Assembly (NCBI GenBank): GCA_001179505.1 | Contig: CDMY01000325.1 | Coordinates: 55,893 to 119,892, forward strand | DNA from: Vitrella brassicaformis CCMP3155 | Taxonomy: Eukaryota > Protista > Chromerida | DNA: 64,000 nt | Direction: 5' to 3' | Shown here: one piece after another, positions 1 to 13,273 of the stretch | Layout: each line of letters starts with the position of its first letter | Position numbering within the stretch: position 1 is the first letter of the stretch | The notes under the pieces: generated by a model | What the model was told of the DNA's origin: nothing | What the model saw: only the letters and a program-made list of their open reading frames with translations | Databases searched by the model: none | Translations under genes and position numbers: made by a program

Positions 1-408
1 TGTGCACGCGGCATCCTCAAAGCCCTCACTTTGTTGAGCGAGCTCAGCCACACTCTAAGTGGACATGGCCTAGAAAAGAGAGAGGGAAACATGAGCATGA
101 CACGAAGACATGAGCAGCGGCAACCCCTGTGCAAGCACCCAACAGCAGCCAGTGATAAAAGCATATCTGTGTCACATACATCTATCAGCGCACAAAATTC
201 GCCGCACTGGTTTAGACAAATCACAAAATTCGCCACTCTTGTTCGCACATATGTACATATGTGCTTGATGTGAGGGCCAACAGCGGCCTGTTCTGCAGTA
301 AACGGTCAGCAGTATCAACCAATTTGATTAGCTTCTGACAGAGACATGGGGTGGAACATGGTGGCCAGCCAATTATCAATTATTGTCACATATATCTAAG
401 CGCATGTG

Positions 409-1624
409 TCATCTCATAGGTCCCAACTCGCTGCTCAGATAGATGTAGTTCGTCGGGAACTCGGTGCTGTACCGACAAGGAGAAGAGCTGCTGGTGGTCT
501 GCAGGCGTCGTTCTCTCTGTGTGCCCCCCTCTGCCTGTCCCCTGCTCTCCTGCCGGATACGTCCGTCTTTAATGCGGTCGGCGATGATCATCGGCTCGTG
601 ACCAGGCCGATGCAGAGTGGCGAATGCTGCATACATTCGAACGCGTGTCTCGATTGAATGGGTCACATGATTTGATAGACGCACCTGGCGAGACCTCCAT
701 CTTGTCTCTGCATAGGCCGATGGTCGCCTGGCGGGTGCCCTGCTGGAGCACACCGCGCTTCACACTCGTGACCTGCGAAGACGAGACAAGCAGTTACGAC
801 ATACTTAGTCTCCGCATGTGTGCATCTGTGGCGGCTCTGACCGTGTATATGGCCCGTTCTTTCGTGTCAGGCAGGGCAAAGTATAGCCGGTTCATCTTGC
901 GAAGCTTGGTCAGTGGCATGTCCAGCAGGTCGAAGAGCTCGATGTCTGTCGTGGCGTCAAGGATGCCTGAGCAAACAGAACATGGCGAGAGCGTTGTGGC
1001 TGGTGTGGGCTGATAGTCGTATGTATGGATGGGCGACTGGCTTTGGTATGCTCACTGACTGACTGATGGGTTGGTTGTCGGTTGACACAAGCTGCGAGTC
1101 CTCTACCTTCACGTCTCGAGACACTGCCAGCATCGATACATCCATGGCCACACATCAATGGAATGGGGCTCGGCTGGGTGCACACCTTTGTTGGCCCAGA
1201 CACAGAGGCCGAAAAGAACGCCTGAATGCCGGCCAAGAGGCAATCGAAGTCAAGTGCAATATGTTCACTTTTGCGCACCGATGGAGACGCAGTAGAGGCC
1301 GAACAGCACGCCCAGCGTCACGCTCCATCGCCTGCGAGACGTCTTGGTTGCCAGCAAAGTGCTGCAAACAGGGTAGACATGGCGTATTGGAGGAGATACA
1401 GCCGATGAAATGGCCTCTCCTTTGTCCGTCGTTAAATACCGAGCTGCTGCAGCACACTCCTCGAGGCTTACCACGCCGTCGCCGTCGGTGTCCCACTGCT
1501 GCAGCAGTTTGAGGACCTCCCTGTCGGCGCTGAGGCCGAACAAGCTTGCCATGGCCGCCACGGAGCTCTTCCTCCTTGCTCTTCCTCCATACTTGCTCAA
1601 AGCCGATGCCTTCCTCTCATCCAT
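409..1624 (-). CDS. Multi-exon EF-hand-containing membrane protein of unknown function
   Basis: Starts MDERKASALSK at 1624. Canonical EF-hand loop WDTDGDGVVSLEE, then hydrophobic segment WSVTLGVLFGLYCVSIGA. Downstream GT-AG exons read ...LAVSRDVKVEDSQLVST..., ILDATTDIELFDLLDMPLTKLRKMNRLYFALPD, VTSVKRG...; stop at 409. Confidence 0.65.
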
Positions 1625-2048
1625 CCTCGCTCGAAATTCCAAGGGTCTTTCAGTGGGGCTGCGTAGTGGACTCAAGGGGGGGAATGCGCACCCGCAGGGG
1701 GGGATCGCGAGATAAGCTCGCAGACGGTGAGAGGAAAGGATACGAGAATGGAGGAAAGCGTTTCGAATGGATGAGTCAGAAGTAAGCAGACACATTCACA
1801 GCTCGATTCAGAGATTAAGCACAAGCGTGTTTGTTATTTGTGTCCCTGCCTCAGGTGCTCATGACGGGTTTGGGTTCATCTCAGTGCGTTGTCCGCAATC
1901 TGGACACAAGTAAGAACCTCGCAGACAAATCCGATGTCCATCAATCTTTTCTCTCTCGATGTTTGTTTATCCACAGTGGAGAGCTGGGACCTGTCTTCGC
2001 CGGGTGCGGTAGATGCTGTGGCGCCATCAGCGAGCAGTCCCAGCCTTC

Positions 2049-5000
2049 ATGCCGTCCCATCTGATACCAGCCTTGCATCAGGGGACCGGCCGAGGACGGC
2101 TGCGAAACCATGGGAAAACTGGTGGGTATGCTGGTCCACCCCGCGAGTCAGTCGGTTACATACGCACGTGCGTACGTGCGTTGGTCTGCGTGTGTTAGGT
2201 GGCGGGAGAAGAGAAGAAAGGATGCTGAGCTCTGGAACGCCGCTGAGATGGGAGATGTCGACGCAATGACACAGGTAGGCAGTGGCTGGATGGGCAAGCT
2301 TACCAGTGGTGCTGTCTGATCCATCCATACCCACTCTTCTGTAGATCATTGCGTCGGTAATGAGCCCTCCTTCTCTCGCTGAGATCGATCGCCCCCCTTA
2401 TGACGTCAACAGCCGGTCACTCAACGGATGGACTGCTCTTCACCTCGCAGCACATGCAGGTACGCCAGCCACGGGAGCTTTCCGGCAAAATATGGCCTGT
2501 GGTTGTTCATTCGTCCACAATCATGGGACGCTCAGGCCACTCGGCGTGCATCGATCTGATAATGGAGGTGGTGCAGGATCCCAATCCAACAAGCGACCAG
2601 GGGAGGACGGCGCTGCACCTGGCAGCTATGCAGTAAGGGTGGGGAAGGGTGAATGAGCGAGGGGATCGCCGAACGCTGCCCAAGCATGTATGTATGATGA
2701 TTTGTGTGTAGGGGTCATATGGAGTGTGTGCGATCCCTGGTGGGTCGATGGCGAGCGACGCTCGACTGTCAGGATGCCTTTGGCGCCACGCCACTGCACC
2801 TCGCCTCCTCAGGAGGTAAAGACACCGCCTCACGCCATCGGTCGACATTCGCATGATTCTCTCCTCCGCTGATTTCCTTAATCCCACGATCAGGCCACGG
2901 CCGTGTTGTGAGGCTGCTGCTCAGCCATGGCAGCGACTACAGAGTGAGTGATCGGGCAGGTGATAATGTTGTGCAGGTCACATCATGTCATCGCCTGGTG
3001 CGATGGTGTGGTATCTGTGCAGATCAAGAACAACAGTGGCCTGACGGCACGGCAGGAGGCGCTCAACATCAACACCAGGGAGTGCTTCAAGTACCGACAA
3101 CAACCATAAAAGGCGGACGCTGATTGCATTGATTGCATCAATTGGGTGCAGTCATCATGTCCTTCCCTTGTTTGTGTGTTTCAGCGACGTCATCAACCGC
3201 GATTCGTCTGCAGCGTGGGACCAAGACACGTCGTATGGGTACATGCACAATTGGACGACAAACCCATGCGCACTCATGGCCATCCATTGACCCCTGTGTG
3301 TACATGCAGAAGGACACCATTTCGGCGGTCTGTGCTGCTGCACAATGCGCGGTCAGACGTGGTGCGGAAGCTTCTGTCGTCTGCCCAACAGTGAGGCACA
3401 CGTTAACATGGACAAGAACAGGAAGAAACGTATGCAAGCCGTCTGTGGTGTGCAGGAGTTTCCATTCCCAGCAGCCTGTGTCCAAGGACGATACAGTCGG
3501 TGGGCCCCGGCGGCTACACAGCCCCGACAGCCCCAGACACGCCACTGCTGGCGGTACTCTATCCACACAGCGCACACACGAACGGCAAGGATGATGCACA
3601 CCTCTGTGTTGCGGGATTCATTTGTGTGTGCAGGCAGGATGTTCCACTACCTGGGTCGTCTCGATTCCGGCATGAGTCGCACAGACTTCGCGCCATCCGA
3701 GCCCGTGAATGGCATTGACGAGATGATCGGACCCAATTTATTCGACATCGGGCCGCTGCTCGGCAAGGTGCGTGTGCAAGCCTCCATCGTGCAGACCATC
3801 CACACTGCAATCCCTCGTCCTTTTGTTTCCGCAGGGCAGTTTCGGATCGGTGTACAAGGTGACGCACAAGTCCACTGGCGTCTGCTACGCCATGAAGATA
3901 CTCGAAAAGCGAAAAATAATCGGTATTGGGAAGGCAGGCAGTGAGATCTCGCGGGTCGGTGCTGAGATTAGCTCTTCTCATCTCATGTCACGTCAGGTCG
4001 GAGTTTGGTTCGGTATGCGTTGACAGAGAGGAACATTCTGTCATACATTCGGCACCCACACATTGTCGAGCTCGCCGGCGCGTTCCAGACTTCGGTGAGT
4101 GCACGAGAGGCTACACAATACGACGGAAGCTATTCATTCCTTCTCTCATATGCATGATCAGGATCATCTGGTGCTGCTGCTGGAGTACTGTTCTCGCGGC
4201 AACCTGCAGCAGCTCATTTCGAGACACAAACGGCTCAAGCAGTCCCTCGCCAAGCTCTACACAGGTAGGCAGACCTGCCTGGACAATGGCGCCCCCAAAA
4301 ACAAGGACGTTCGTCCGCGTGTTGTGCTGTTATGTGTTCTGTATTGCGATAGCTGAGATCCTGACTGCTCTTGAGTACCTGCACGAGCGCAACATCGTCT
4401 TCAGAGACCTCAAGGTGGCCACCGACCCACCACCCTCCCATTCTTGCTCATCTACTGTCTGCCTGTCTGCCTGTGCAGCCCGACAACGTGGTGCTCGACG
4501 ATAGAGGTGAGGGAGGGAGGGAGGCGTAACAGCGGGAGTCGATCAATGCTTATCCTTCCTGCTGTCTCCTGATGGATGGATGGATGGATGGCTCGGTCAG
4601 GCCACGCGCTTCTGACTGACTTTGGGCTGAGCAAGGAGCTCGTGTCAGACCTGTACCCAGCACCTGCCACCTCATTCTGCGGGGTAATGAGAAACCCTGA
4701 ACATCATCCGACAGTGGGGGAGGGACTCACTGCTGAGATTCTCTCTTTCCCTGGTCTTGGGTGCAGAGTGTCGCCTATTTGGCCCCTGAGATGTTGAGCA
4801 AGAGAGGCCACGGCAAGAGCGTCGACCTGTACGGCCTGGGCGTGCTCCTCTACGAGATGCTCGTCGGAACACCGCCCTACTTCAGGTCAGTCACACGCAC
4901 AAAGAGAGAGCATCGATGTATGGCTTTCATTTGGAAGAGCGTATGTGTCTGTGTGTGTCTGCAGCTACGACCGTAAGTCATTTGTTCGGGAGCGCAGCCC

Positions 5001-5898
5001 ACCTGCGTTGTCTGCCTCCGTGTAAATATGCCACTCATGCACTCCTTGCTTGTCTTGATGCGTCCGTCATGCAGGAGAGCAGCTGTTCAAGAACATCGAG
5101 ACGCAGAAGCTGACATTCCCGGCACATGTGTCTCCCGTAAGCAAGCAGACGACAACAACAACACACACTCACACACATCGAATACCGTCATCGAATGTGC
5201 GTCTCTCTGGTTGTTGCCAAATGACAGGATGCGCGTGACCTGATCAGCCAGCTGCTGGACCGCGACCCTCAGCGTCGGCTGGGTGCGATGGACACGCAAG
5301 AGGTGCGGCAGCATCCCTTCTTCGCAGACATCGACTGGGAGGGGCTTGCGGCCATGCGTAAGGACAGCAGCTCTGTGGCCATCCTGCCGCCCAATGAGAT
5401 GCCTTGTGGTGAGCCGTCCAACATCAGCATACTGCTCAGAGGCCAGCATGGGGTGCTGGGGGGCGAGAGGAAACGACCATTCAACCGGGTAAGCGAGGTG
5501 GTCGACTGGCTGACATCCCGGCCAGAGTCGTATGCATGCATGCGTCCTGTCTGTCGGTAAACCACGTCAGGTTGCCCACCCCATCGGCAAGCCGAGCCAG
5601 CCCCACCGTGCGTCGAGTGTCCCGCTCTCCCCCGGCCGGGATAACTTCATCCACGGGTCAGTCCGTCAGGCACTCAGTCAGCGGCCACACCCGATTGATG
5701 TTTGGCTGGTTGTTTCCATGTAGTTGGAGCTTTGCGGGTCGACTGTCCAAGGAGGAGGTCACAAGGCTGCGAGAGCGGCCGAAAGCGGCCGTCATGCGGG
5801 GCCTCACGCAGTCGACTGTGCAGAGCACTAATAATCACAATACACACGGGTGGTTGACGAGCTCGGTCATGGGTGCACAGTGGCAGCAGCTTCCTTGA
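2049..5898 (+). CDS. Ankyrin-repeat AGC-family Ser/Thr protein kinase (about 20 exons)
   Basis: Ankyrin motifs [34 protein letters not shown]. Kinase motifs LGK|[19 protein letters not shown]|PDN, TDFGLSK, SFCG|[23 protein letters not shown] and HPFFADIDW, plus hydrophobic-motif-like FIHGWSF. Start codon is approximate. Confidence 0.92.
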
Positions 5899-6338
5899 GG
5901 CAGTCAGCAAGCTAGAAGCAACCGTCGATTCTTGCATGTGTAGCGCTAGCGATGAATTGTATCATCATGTATCGGTGTGTCCTGTTGTTTGCATATGTGC
6001 TCGGACTGCAATGCGACACCCCCGCATGTTTGAGTCACACCTGTAACTCCCGGCACGAGAGAAACTCTCGCACCGCATGAGTTCGACGCCTTGCCTTCGG
6101 ATACTGAAACAAGGTGAGACACAGTCGGAGTACTGTAGTGGAAGAATTTTACTTCATCCGAATGCTGACGTCAAGGGATGTGCGCACTAGCATTGACACG
6201 ACAACTGGGGAAATCCCGCCAAGAAAGAGAACCGGCAAGAAAAAACGGCCGGCAGTTCTCTGTTTCACGGCGGGCAAAAGCGCGCAAAGGGCCTTTCCGT
6301 CGGGCCTTTCCCCCGCTGAATAAAAAAGTCTGAGGACA

Positions 6339-7837
6339 ATGCTCCGTCGCGTCGTCGGCGTAGTCCTTGCGTTGTTGAGCTGCCTTCCCTTGGGTGAGCA
6401 TGCCGATGCCGGGCGTGATGCCGGCCACTCCCAGGCCTTCCTCGGACTTCACAACACAACGCTGCCCGTCCCGCATACGCTGCTAGGTAGGTGAGCCAGC
6501 AATCAACAGTCGCCAGCCTCAAGCCGTCGGGACGTCGCTCACAATGCATGCATGCAATGCCACGGTCTTGGTGTACGTCTTGGTGTCACTCGCGTCAATG
6601 ACATGCATGCAGGGTGCCATTCTCCCATTCATGGCCCCCCCCAACTCGCCGCCGAAGCCCTTCACTGGGGAGCTGGGCCCCTCACAACGGTTGGCTCTAG
6701 AGCTGCGTTGACCGACGAGACATTGGTTCCCTCTGTGTGTGTATGTAGGTCGACGACCTACGCCAGCAAATTTGCGTTCGTCGATGAGCTGTGGCGCCCA
6801 CAATGGTGTGATTGGCCATGACATTGTGTGCTCGAGGCCGTCTTGCACTGGTTGTTTGGCTGTATGTAGGCTGAAGACGTACGCCAGCAAGTACGCCTTC
6901 ATCGATTCGGAATTCTCCAATGCGGTTCTGCCGCGGAAGCTCAAAGACGTGCACACCCCCACCTTTGAGGGGAAAGACCACACAACCTCTGTCGGCACCG
7001 AAGTTTTTGGGGAGCCGGACTCCGAGGAGGACGCCCCGGGGTCGGCTCCGTTCACCTGGGCGGACCTTCCGGACTCACCGAAACCTCACTACTGGCAACT
7101 CGACCTCATGAACACCCAACAGGTGGAGAAAGAAAAAGACAATATCTAGCAGGGCATTCGATCAACCGATATCTCGGTGTCTCTTCATGTGAGTGTGCAG
7201 ATTGCTGCTGCTCATGAGAGTCTCGGCCTCGCATTCAACCATTTCAAGAGCGTGTTGTTGGTCTTCTGCACCCATGACCTGTTCTTCCGTATCGACTACC
7301 GGAACCAACACCTCTAAATTGTCGACCCGCTCTGGCAAAACATTCGGTCTCTCCTGGCGATCGGCGGCAAAGTCATCATCAACAATATACCTGTACGTAC
7401 GTGTGTGAGGGAACACTGACTGAATCAGATACATCGTCTCACACTCATAGAGACACGCAGGGTGTCATCTTGATTGATGGGGTCAGATGTGTGTTTGCGA
7501 TGTGTGTGTGTGTGTGTGTTTGTTACAAGGCTGCATTCGCTGGCGAGACATGCGACTGTCAGTATCCGCCTGAGGCAAGGCCTGAGGGGACGCGATGCAT
7601 TCACCACAAGAGGCTCGACACGGACATCTGTTGGTCGAATGCTTCCATGAGAAAGCTGTTCGACCGTTTCGTCCACCTCGTGGAACTGCAAGGATTCGAA
7701 CTCGTCGGGCCCGTGCTGTTCCGCCTCTCAGGTGCGAAAGGATGGATGCAAACGAAATATTCCTTGTGTGCCAATCGCTGGCTGCAGATGTGTCACCCAT
7801 CTTGGGGGTGGAGTTTCAGCGGATCCACTCTCTCTAG
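6339..7837 (+). CDS. Signal-peptide protein with class I SAM methyltransferase-like C-terminal region; in-frame TAA at 7315-7317 (possible pseudogene)
   Basis: MLRRVVGVVLALLSCLPL signal-like start. Exons splice in frame through HYWQLDL, FKSVLLVFCTHDLFF and LWQNIRSLLAIGGKVIINN (resembles the RxLKPGGxxII beta-5 signature) to ...VEFQRIHSL*. The TAA falls inside an otherwise open exon (7201-7392). The fold assignment is by eye only. Confidence 0.55.
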
Positions 7838-8466
7838 CTGCCTTCACAGCTCGGCCAAAGCGACAGAGATGCGCCTGTTGCGACGTTTCTTTTTTCCCAA
7901 TCGGTCTTCAGATAGCGAGCGATGCGGTGGAACAGACGGTGGAATGAAATGAGAGACAGAGAGATGCACAGTGACAAGTGATAGATCGGACAGCTCAAAT
8001 AACCTTAAAAGCGCTCATCCATAGACTGACCGCGAGGCGTCGTCGTGTCAACTTTGGTGGCTGCATTGGTCTTTGCCAAGTGTTTCCGTCTCCGGCTGAT
8101 GGGGAAGAGAATGAATGTAGAGAATATAAAAAATGAGAGAATCTCAGACTACATACATTAAGGCGGGAGTGAGCAGATTGCAAACCCGAGAGGGCCACGT
8201 ATGGTTCTTTTTGCATGTGCATGGCCGCCTTGTGTGCTATGTGCATGTCGTGTGTGTGTCGTGAATGCAGATCGTGTCTCACTAAGCCTCGTCACAACAG
8301 ATGCAACGAGTCAGAGGTGTCTCTCCTTCACGGTTCCTGCTTCTTGTCCTCCTGCTTCTTGTCCCCCTTGGTTCTCCACTTGTTGGGGCGCGTTGATTTC
8401 TTTGACGGTTCGTATTCCCTCACGCCTAAGACATGTGGCGTTTCACAGCTTTCCTAACCAACGTTC

Positions 8467-8500
8467 AGGAGCGGTTTCGGGGAGCATCCTAGGCGGCCTG
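8467..8500 (+). promoter_or_regulatory. 34-nt element upstream of ApiAP2, shared with 33133-33166
   Basis: aggagcggtttcggggagcatcctaggcggcctg versus agaagcggtgtcagggagcaccctaggcggcctg: 30/34 identical by manual alignment, and both lie 115-155 nt upstream of an ATG on the same strand. Confidence 0.5.
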
Positions 8501-8616
8501 CTGAAACATACTCACCGGCTTCTCTCGCACCGGGACGGCGAGGCGGGTCCAGCGGGACGTCCCCCGGATTTGTCTGTCTGTCTGGATTCCGTTTCTCGCG
8601 GCGTCCTGGGTGAGAT

Positions 8617-11203
8617 ATGGCGTCAGCAGAGGAGATCCGCGACAGTGAGGGTAAGCAGAGAAGTGGAGGGGGAGAAGGCCATGCAAGGCCATGCACAGGA
8701 TCGACGCTCGCGCGCTCGCTATCACGAAGCCAGCTGAGATCTCTGACTGACCGGTCTGTGCGCGTGGTTTGTGTTGTGCAGTTGCTGCGGCGAGGGAGAA
8801 GGCTCTGGAGTGCCGACGGAGAGCGACGGCCGCCCAGCAGCAGGCGGAATCGGTAGGGAGAGAGCAAGTAACTCAGAAACACGGGACAGACAAGAGTGCA
8901 ACAGGCACATCGTTCTCTGGTCTGCACAACGGATCTTTGCTTGTTTGTGTGTGCATCCGTGTGCAGCGTGCTGCCTCGCTGGCCTTCAAGAAGCGCACGT
9001 CGGGCGACTGTTCCTCCGATGGCCACCTTCACCAACACCAACACAAGAAGCGCCCGCGGACACTGGCCCTGTCGTCATGTGGCAGCACCACAGGCTCCTC
9101 AGACCACACACAAACCCCGCCGCCCGTGCTGACCACACCTGTCTGCGGTCGTGGCGATGACGATGGCGGTGGGGAACACTCGGACAGCTCGGAGGAGTAC
9201 CTGCCCCTCAGCAGCCGGATATCGCCCGTCAGCACCCCCCGCAAGTCACGCAAGCTGCCCCGCTGTTCGCCTGACACTCGCACCAGAGCCACCGGCAAGA
9301 GAGGGAGGGTGAGGACCACAAGGGCTTCAAGGGGCAGTCCGCGCGCAAGTGACGGCGGTGGCAGTTCTTCGTGTGTGGTGAGTGAGGAGGACCGCTCGGC
9401 GGCCCGCGGGAGCGGATCCATCAAGAGCGGCTGCAAGGGCGTGTCGTGGAACAAGAGGATGCAGGCGTGGCTGAGCTTCTGGAGCGAGAGAGGCACGCGC
9501 AAGAGCAAGACCTTCTCTGCCAAGGGCGGATTCGAGGTCAGTCATATCTATGAAACGTACGAGATTCTCACTCACACCTGTGCGGTCGTTGTGTGGTGTG
9601 CAGGAGGCCCGTCAGCAGGCGATCGACTTCTTGACGCAGAAGCGGGCCGAGCTTGAAAAGGGGGCTTGCACGCACAGCAGCGACAAGAAGGGAGAGGGGC
9701 GCAACATCAAGTCGCGCAAGCAACGCAACCGCAACAACACCGACACCGCCGTCAGAGCCGACCACGATGCCGCCCCTGAGCCCCTCAACACCACCAGCAG
9801 TGCTGCGGCTGACCAGACGCCACCACCACCACCACCACCACCACCCGGAATGGCCGACGCACCGCAACCGCCACCCCAGCCAGATGCCGAGAGCGTCACC
9901 ACGCCCACGGTGCCCGCAGACGCCTTCCCCCATCCCCCTCTGGTCGCGCCATCCCATCCTCCGACAGAGACGGCACGACCACCCACATGCGATGTGTCTG
10001 CGTCGCGCAAGGCCAGCCTGAAGGAGGTGCTCGTCAAGCCACAGCTCAAGAAGGGCCCAGTGCCAGCGCGTGGGTCAGCGGTCAGCATGGGTGTTGGTAT
10101 GGGCGTGGGCGTGGGTGTGGCACCGTGTGTGTCGCTGCTGCCCACCACCACCGTCAAGACCAGCCAGGGGGGCATATCGTTCTCGCGGCCATCGACCATC
10201 GACACGCCCACATTCCCCTCGTACCAGCAGCAGCGGAGTGCATCAGCTGCAGCGGGCAAAAACGCCAAGCAGCCTCAGAAGAAGGGCACGACGACGCCCG
10301 AGCCGCCCATCCCTGACACGCTGGCCAAGTTCCACTTCTACTACCGAAATCCCTTCCATGTGGCCGAGTACGAGAGGCACAGCGACAGTGAGGGTGAGGA
10401 CAGCGACTCTGATGATGGTGACTCGTCCGTCAGCAGTGGGAGCGATGACGACATGCCGATGCGGGACGCTGCCGCTCCAACCGCCGAAGCGGGACATGGC
10501 ACAAATACCCATATCAACGAGGCACGTTCGTATGATGGGAGATGGACAGAGAATGGATCACGAATGCGGATCGTCCATACCTCTGTGCTTGGTGTTTGTC
10601 TCTCTGTTGGTTTGGCAGCGTCTCGGTGTGTCGCCGTCGAGCGTGCCCCTGCACGTGCTAGGCGAGTTATCGTCACAGTCATCACAGCCGCCGTCCTACA
10701 TGGACGCGCAGGGGGACTCGGCGGAGCCACTCGCTACCGACCACACAAACCAGCTACTCTGTGTAAGACATAGACAGAAGAAAGAAGCCCCCTATAAATA
10801 TGTGCAAGCCCAATGTGTCGTGTGCATGTTGTCCGTCCAGAGCTATCCTTTCGACGACGTGTCTGTGGGCGGTCTGGCGGTCCACGTCGACCCCCTCTCT
10901 GCGGGCTCCTCGGCTGATCGCACGTCGGACGACTACCACGACCTCGTCACCGACTCGATCGCATCCTTCCTGCGCATCAAACCCGACGACGAGCCAAAGC
11001 CTGCCCCCGCCACACACCCACATCCCCACCCACAGCCACAGGCACCCTCTCCCAAGACTCCTTTGCCGTACCATGGCCATTGGTATGTGGTCCACCCACC
11101 AGTGATGATGCCGTGGTCGCCACCTGTGCTGCAGCGGTGTGGCTCGCTCATGGCCAACTCGAGCACCACGGCGGGCGCCGAGAGCGACCGAGATATGGAG
11201 TGA
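8617..11203 (+). CDS. ApiAP2-family transcription factor, single AP2 domain in a low-complexity Ser/Pro-rich protein
   Basis: SGCKGVSWNKRMQAWLSFWSERGTRKSKTFSAKGGFE|EARQQAIDFL at about 9415-9650, split by one intron. This matches the three-strand plus helix AP2 pattern (GVxW...W...K.F......A...A). Confidence 0.88.
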
Positions 11204-12054
11204 TCGAAGGGGGAGAGGGAGGGAGAGAGAGAGGGAGAGAGGGAGAGAGGGAGGGAGGGGTGGGGGGCTGGACGGGATGGGTGTGGTCTCTGTATATCTA
11301 CGAGGCCTTTTTCGTTTGTAGTGTCGTCGGCACGCTTTTCGTCTATCTATCGTCCAGGCGCATCCATGTGCGCATGGTTTTGGTCGAATGAGTCAGTCGA
11401 TGGGTGGGTGACCATCCATCCATGCATGCATCCATCCATCCATCCACTGAGATTTCATGCTTTATTTAACCGAGGCAGGAGATGCCAGTGAGTGCCCCAA
11501 GGCAGGCAAGGCCGACTCGTCGTTATTTTACGTCGGCGCGCTCTGAACGCACTACTGACAGACATTGTTTGTGTTGCCATATGCTATCCCCATCTACTTA
11601 TCTTTCTACCGTTCTGTATCGCTGTCTCACCCTGTCCACTGCCCGACATTCCATTCCATTGCCGTCATATCCATGCTCTCCTCACCGACTCACTTCTCGC
11701 TTGATCGTGCCTGCCTGATGGTGCCATCCGATGCATCCATCCATCCATTCATTCGCGTCCACTCACACTACTGGCTTGTATGTGTCGATAACATGCGTAC
11801 ACGCATGCACCGGTCTCGTGGATGGGTGGTTTTGAAGGTGTCGGGTCGACCCCCTTGCTGCCGAACTCCTTGCCTCTTTTTCCCTTCTCGCTTGCTCTTT
11901 CCCTGCCTCCCTGCTGCTGTTCTTCGCTGCCTGGCATTCCTGAGTGTGTGAGTGTTGTGTATCTAAATCGCATTGTGCTGTGTACCGGACGTATCTAGGG
12001 TGGGTGCGTCTGCGAGAGAGAGGGAGAGCGCCGAATCAATCAGTGAAGTATATC

Positions 12055-12085
<31 letters not shown>

Positions 12086-12385
12086 NNNNNNNNNNNNNNN
12101 NNNNNNNNNNNNNNNNNNNNNNNNNNNNNNNNNNNNNNNNNNNNNNNNNNNNNNNNNNNNNNNNNNNNNNNNNNNNNNNNNNNNNNNNNNNNNNNNNNNN
12201 NNNNNNNNNNNNNNNNNNNNNNNNNNNNNNNNNNNNNNNNNNNNNNNNNNNNNNNNNNNNNNNNNNNNNNNNNNNNNNNNNNNNNNNNNNNNNNNNNNNN
12301 NNNNNNNNNNNNNNNNNNNNNNNNNNNNNNNNNNNNNNNNNNNNNNNNNNNNNNNNNNNNNNNNNNNNNNNNNNNNNNNNNNNNN
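12086..12385. other. Assembly gap (300 N) flanked by G runs and (GA)n
   Basis: Seen directly. Confidence 0.99.
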
Positions 12386-13210
12386 GGGGGGGGGAGGGAG
12401 GGAGGAGGGGTGACAAAGGGAGGGAGAAACGTGTGCGTGAGAGTGCATGTGTGTACCAATTCAATAAATATGGGGGCTGGGTCGGCATGAGGGTTTCTGT
12501 ATATGGCTGTATTGTATGTAGATGACCCGACTGCCCACAGCCATGGGAAAAGGGAAGGGGATTGCCGCTTGCTGGCCTCTGGCTCCCCCACTTTCTTGCT
12601 CACTGCCTGACTGACTGACTTGGGTGTGTGCATGTGTGTGAGCGTGCAGTGGCTGCTTGATTGAGTGATGATGGTGATTCGTGACGTATTTGTATGCAGG
12701 AAGGAATGGCTGGCTCGATTTTGGTCTGAGCGATCAGTGCACATGAGTGAGTGCCTTCCCCTGTCTGTGTGGCTGCCTGTCTTCCCCCCCGTCTGTCTGT
12801 CTGTCTGTCCCTCAGTCAAGTGAGTTTCCCGTCTGATGCATCAAGGCAGTACAGGGTGGGTGGGTGGATGGTTTTGAGCGAGAGTGAGCCGGCGGTCCGA
12901 TCTGTCTGTAGTTAGAGATACGTTTGTCCGATTGATTGATCGGATCGATCGATCGATCGATCGATACATATATATACATGTACGGATAGCTACACGTCGT
13001 GCGTATGAGCGATGTACTGTGCTGTGTACATGTATACATGTATACATCGGGCGCAGTGGCTCACTCACTCGCTCACCCTCTGACAGACACAGACACAGTG
13101 GGTGCATGCACTGCACTTGCGCGCGGAGAGGGAAAGACAGAGTGGGACTGCGTTCACACACGAGTAGCGTGCATGTGGACGTGTGGTCTTCCTGGGGTTG
13201 CAACCGGACA

Positions 13211-13273
13211 GGCAGACAGAGAGCTTATGTGGGCAGACAGAGAGCTTATGTGGGCAGACAGAGAGCTTATGTG
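13211..13273. repeat. 21-bp tandem repeat x3 (ggcagacagagagcttatgtg)
   Basis: Three perfect adjacent copies with no spacers. Confidence 0.95.

Noticed and set aside
11944-12819. Long ORFs containing X runs (also 29653-30437)
   Set aside because: Artefacts of translating through the 300-N gaps.
12900-13050. (GATC)n and TGTACA/TATA palindromic tracts as structured RNA
   Set aside because: Self-complementary microsatellites of the type common throughout this window.
13211-13273. 21-bp repeat as a CRISPR array
   Set aside because: Adjacent copies with no spacers, no cas genes, eukaryotic context.
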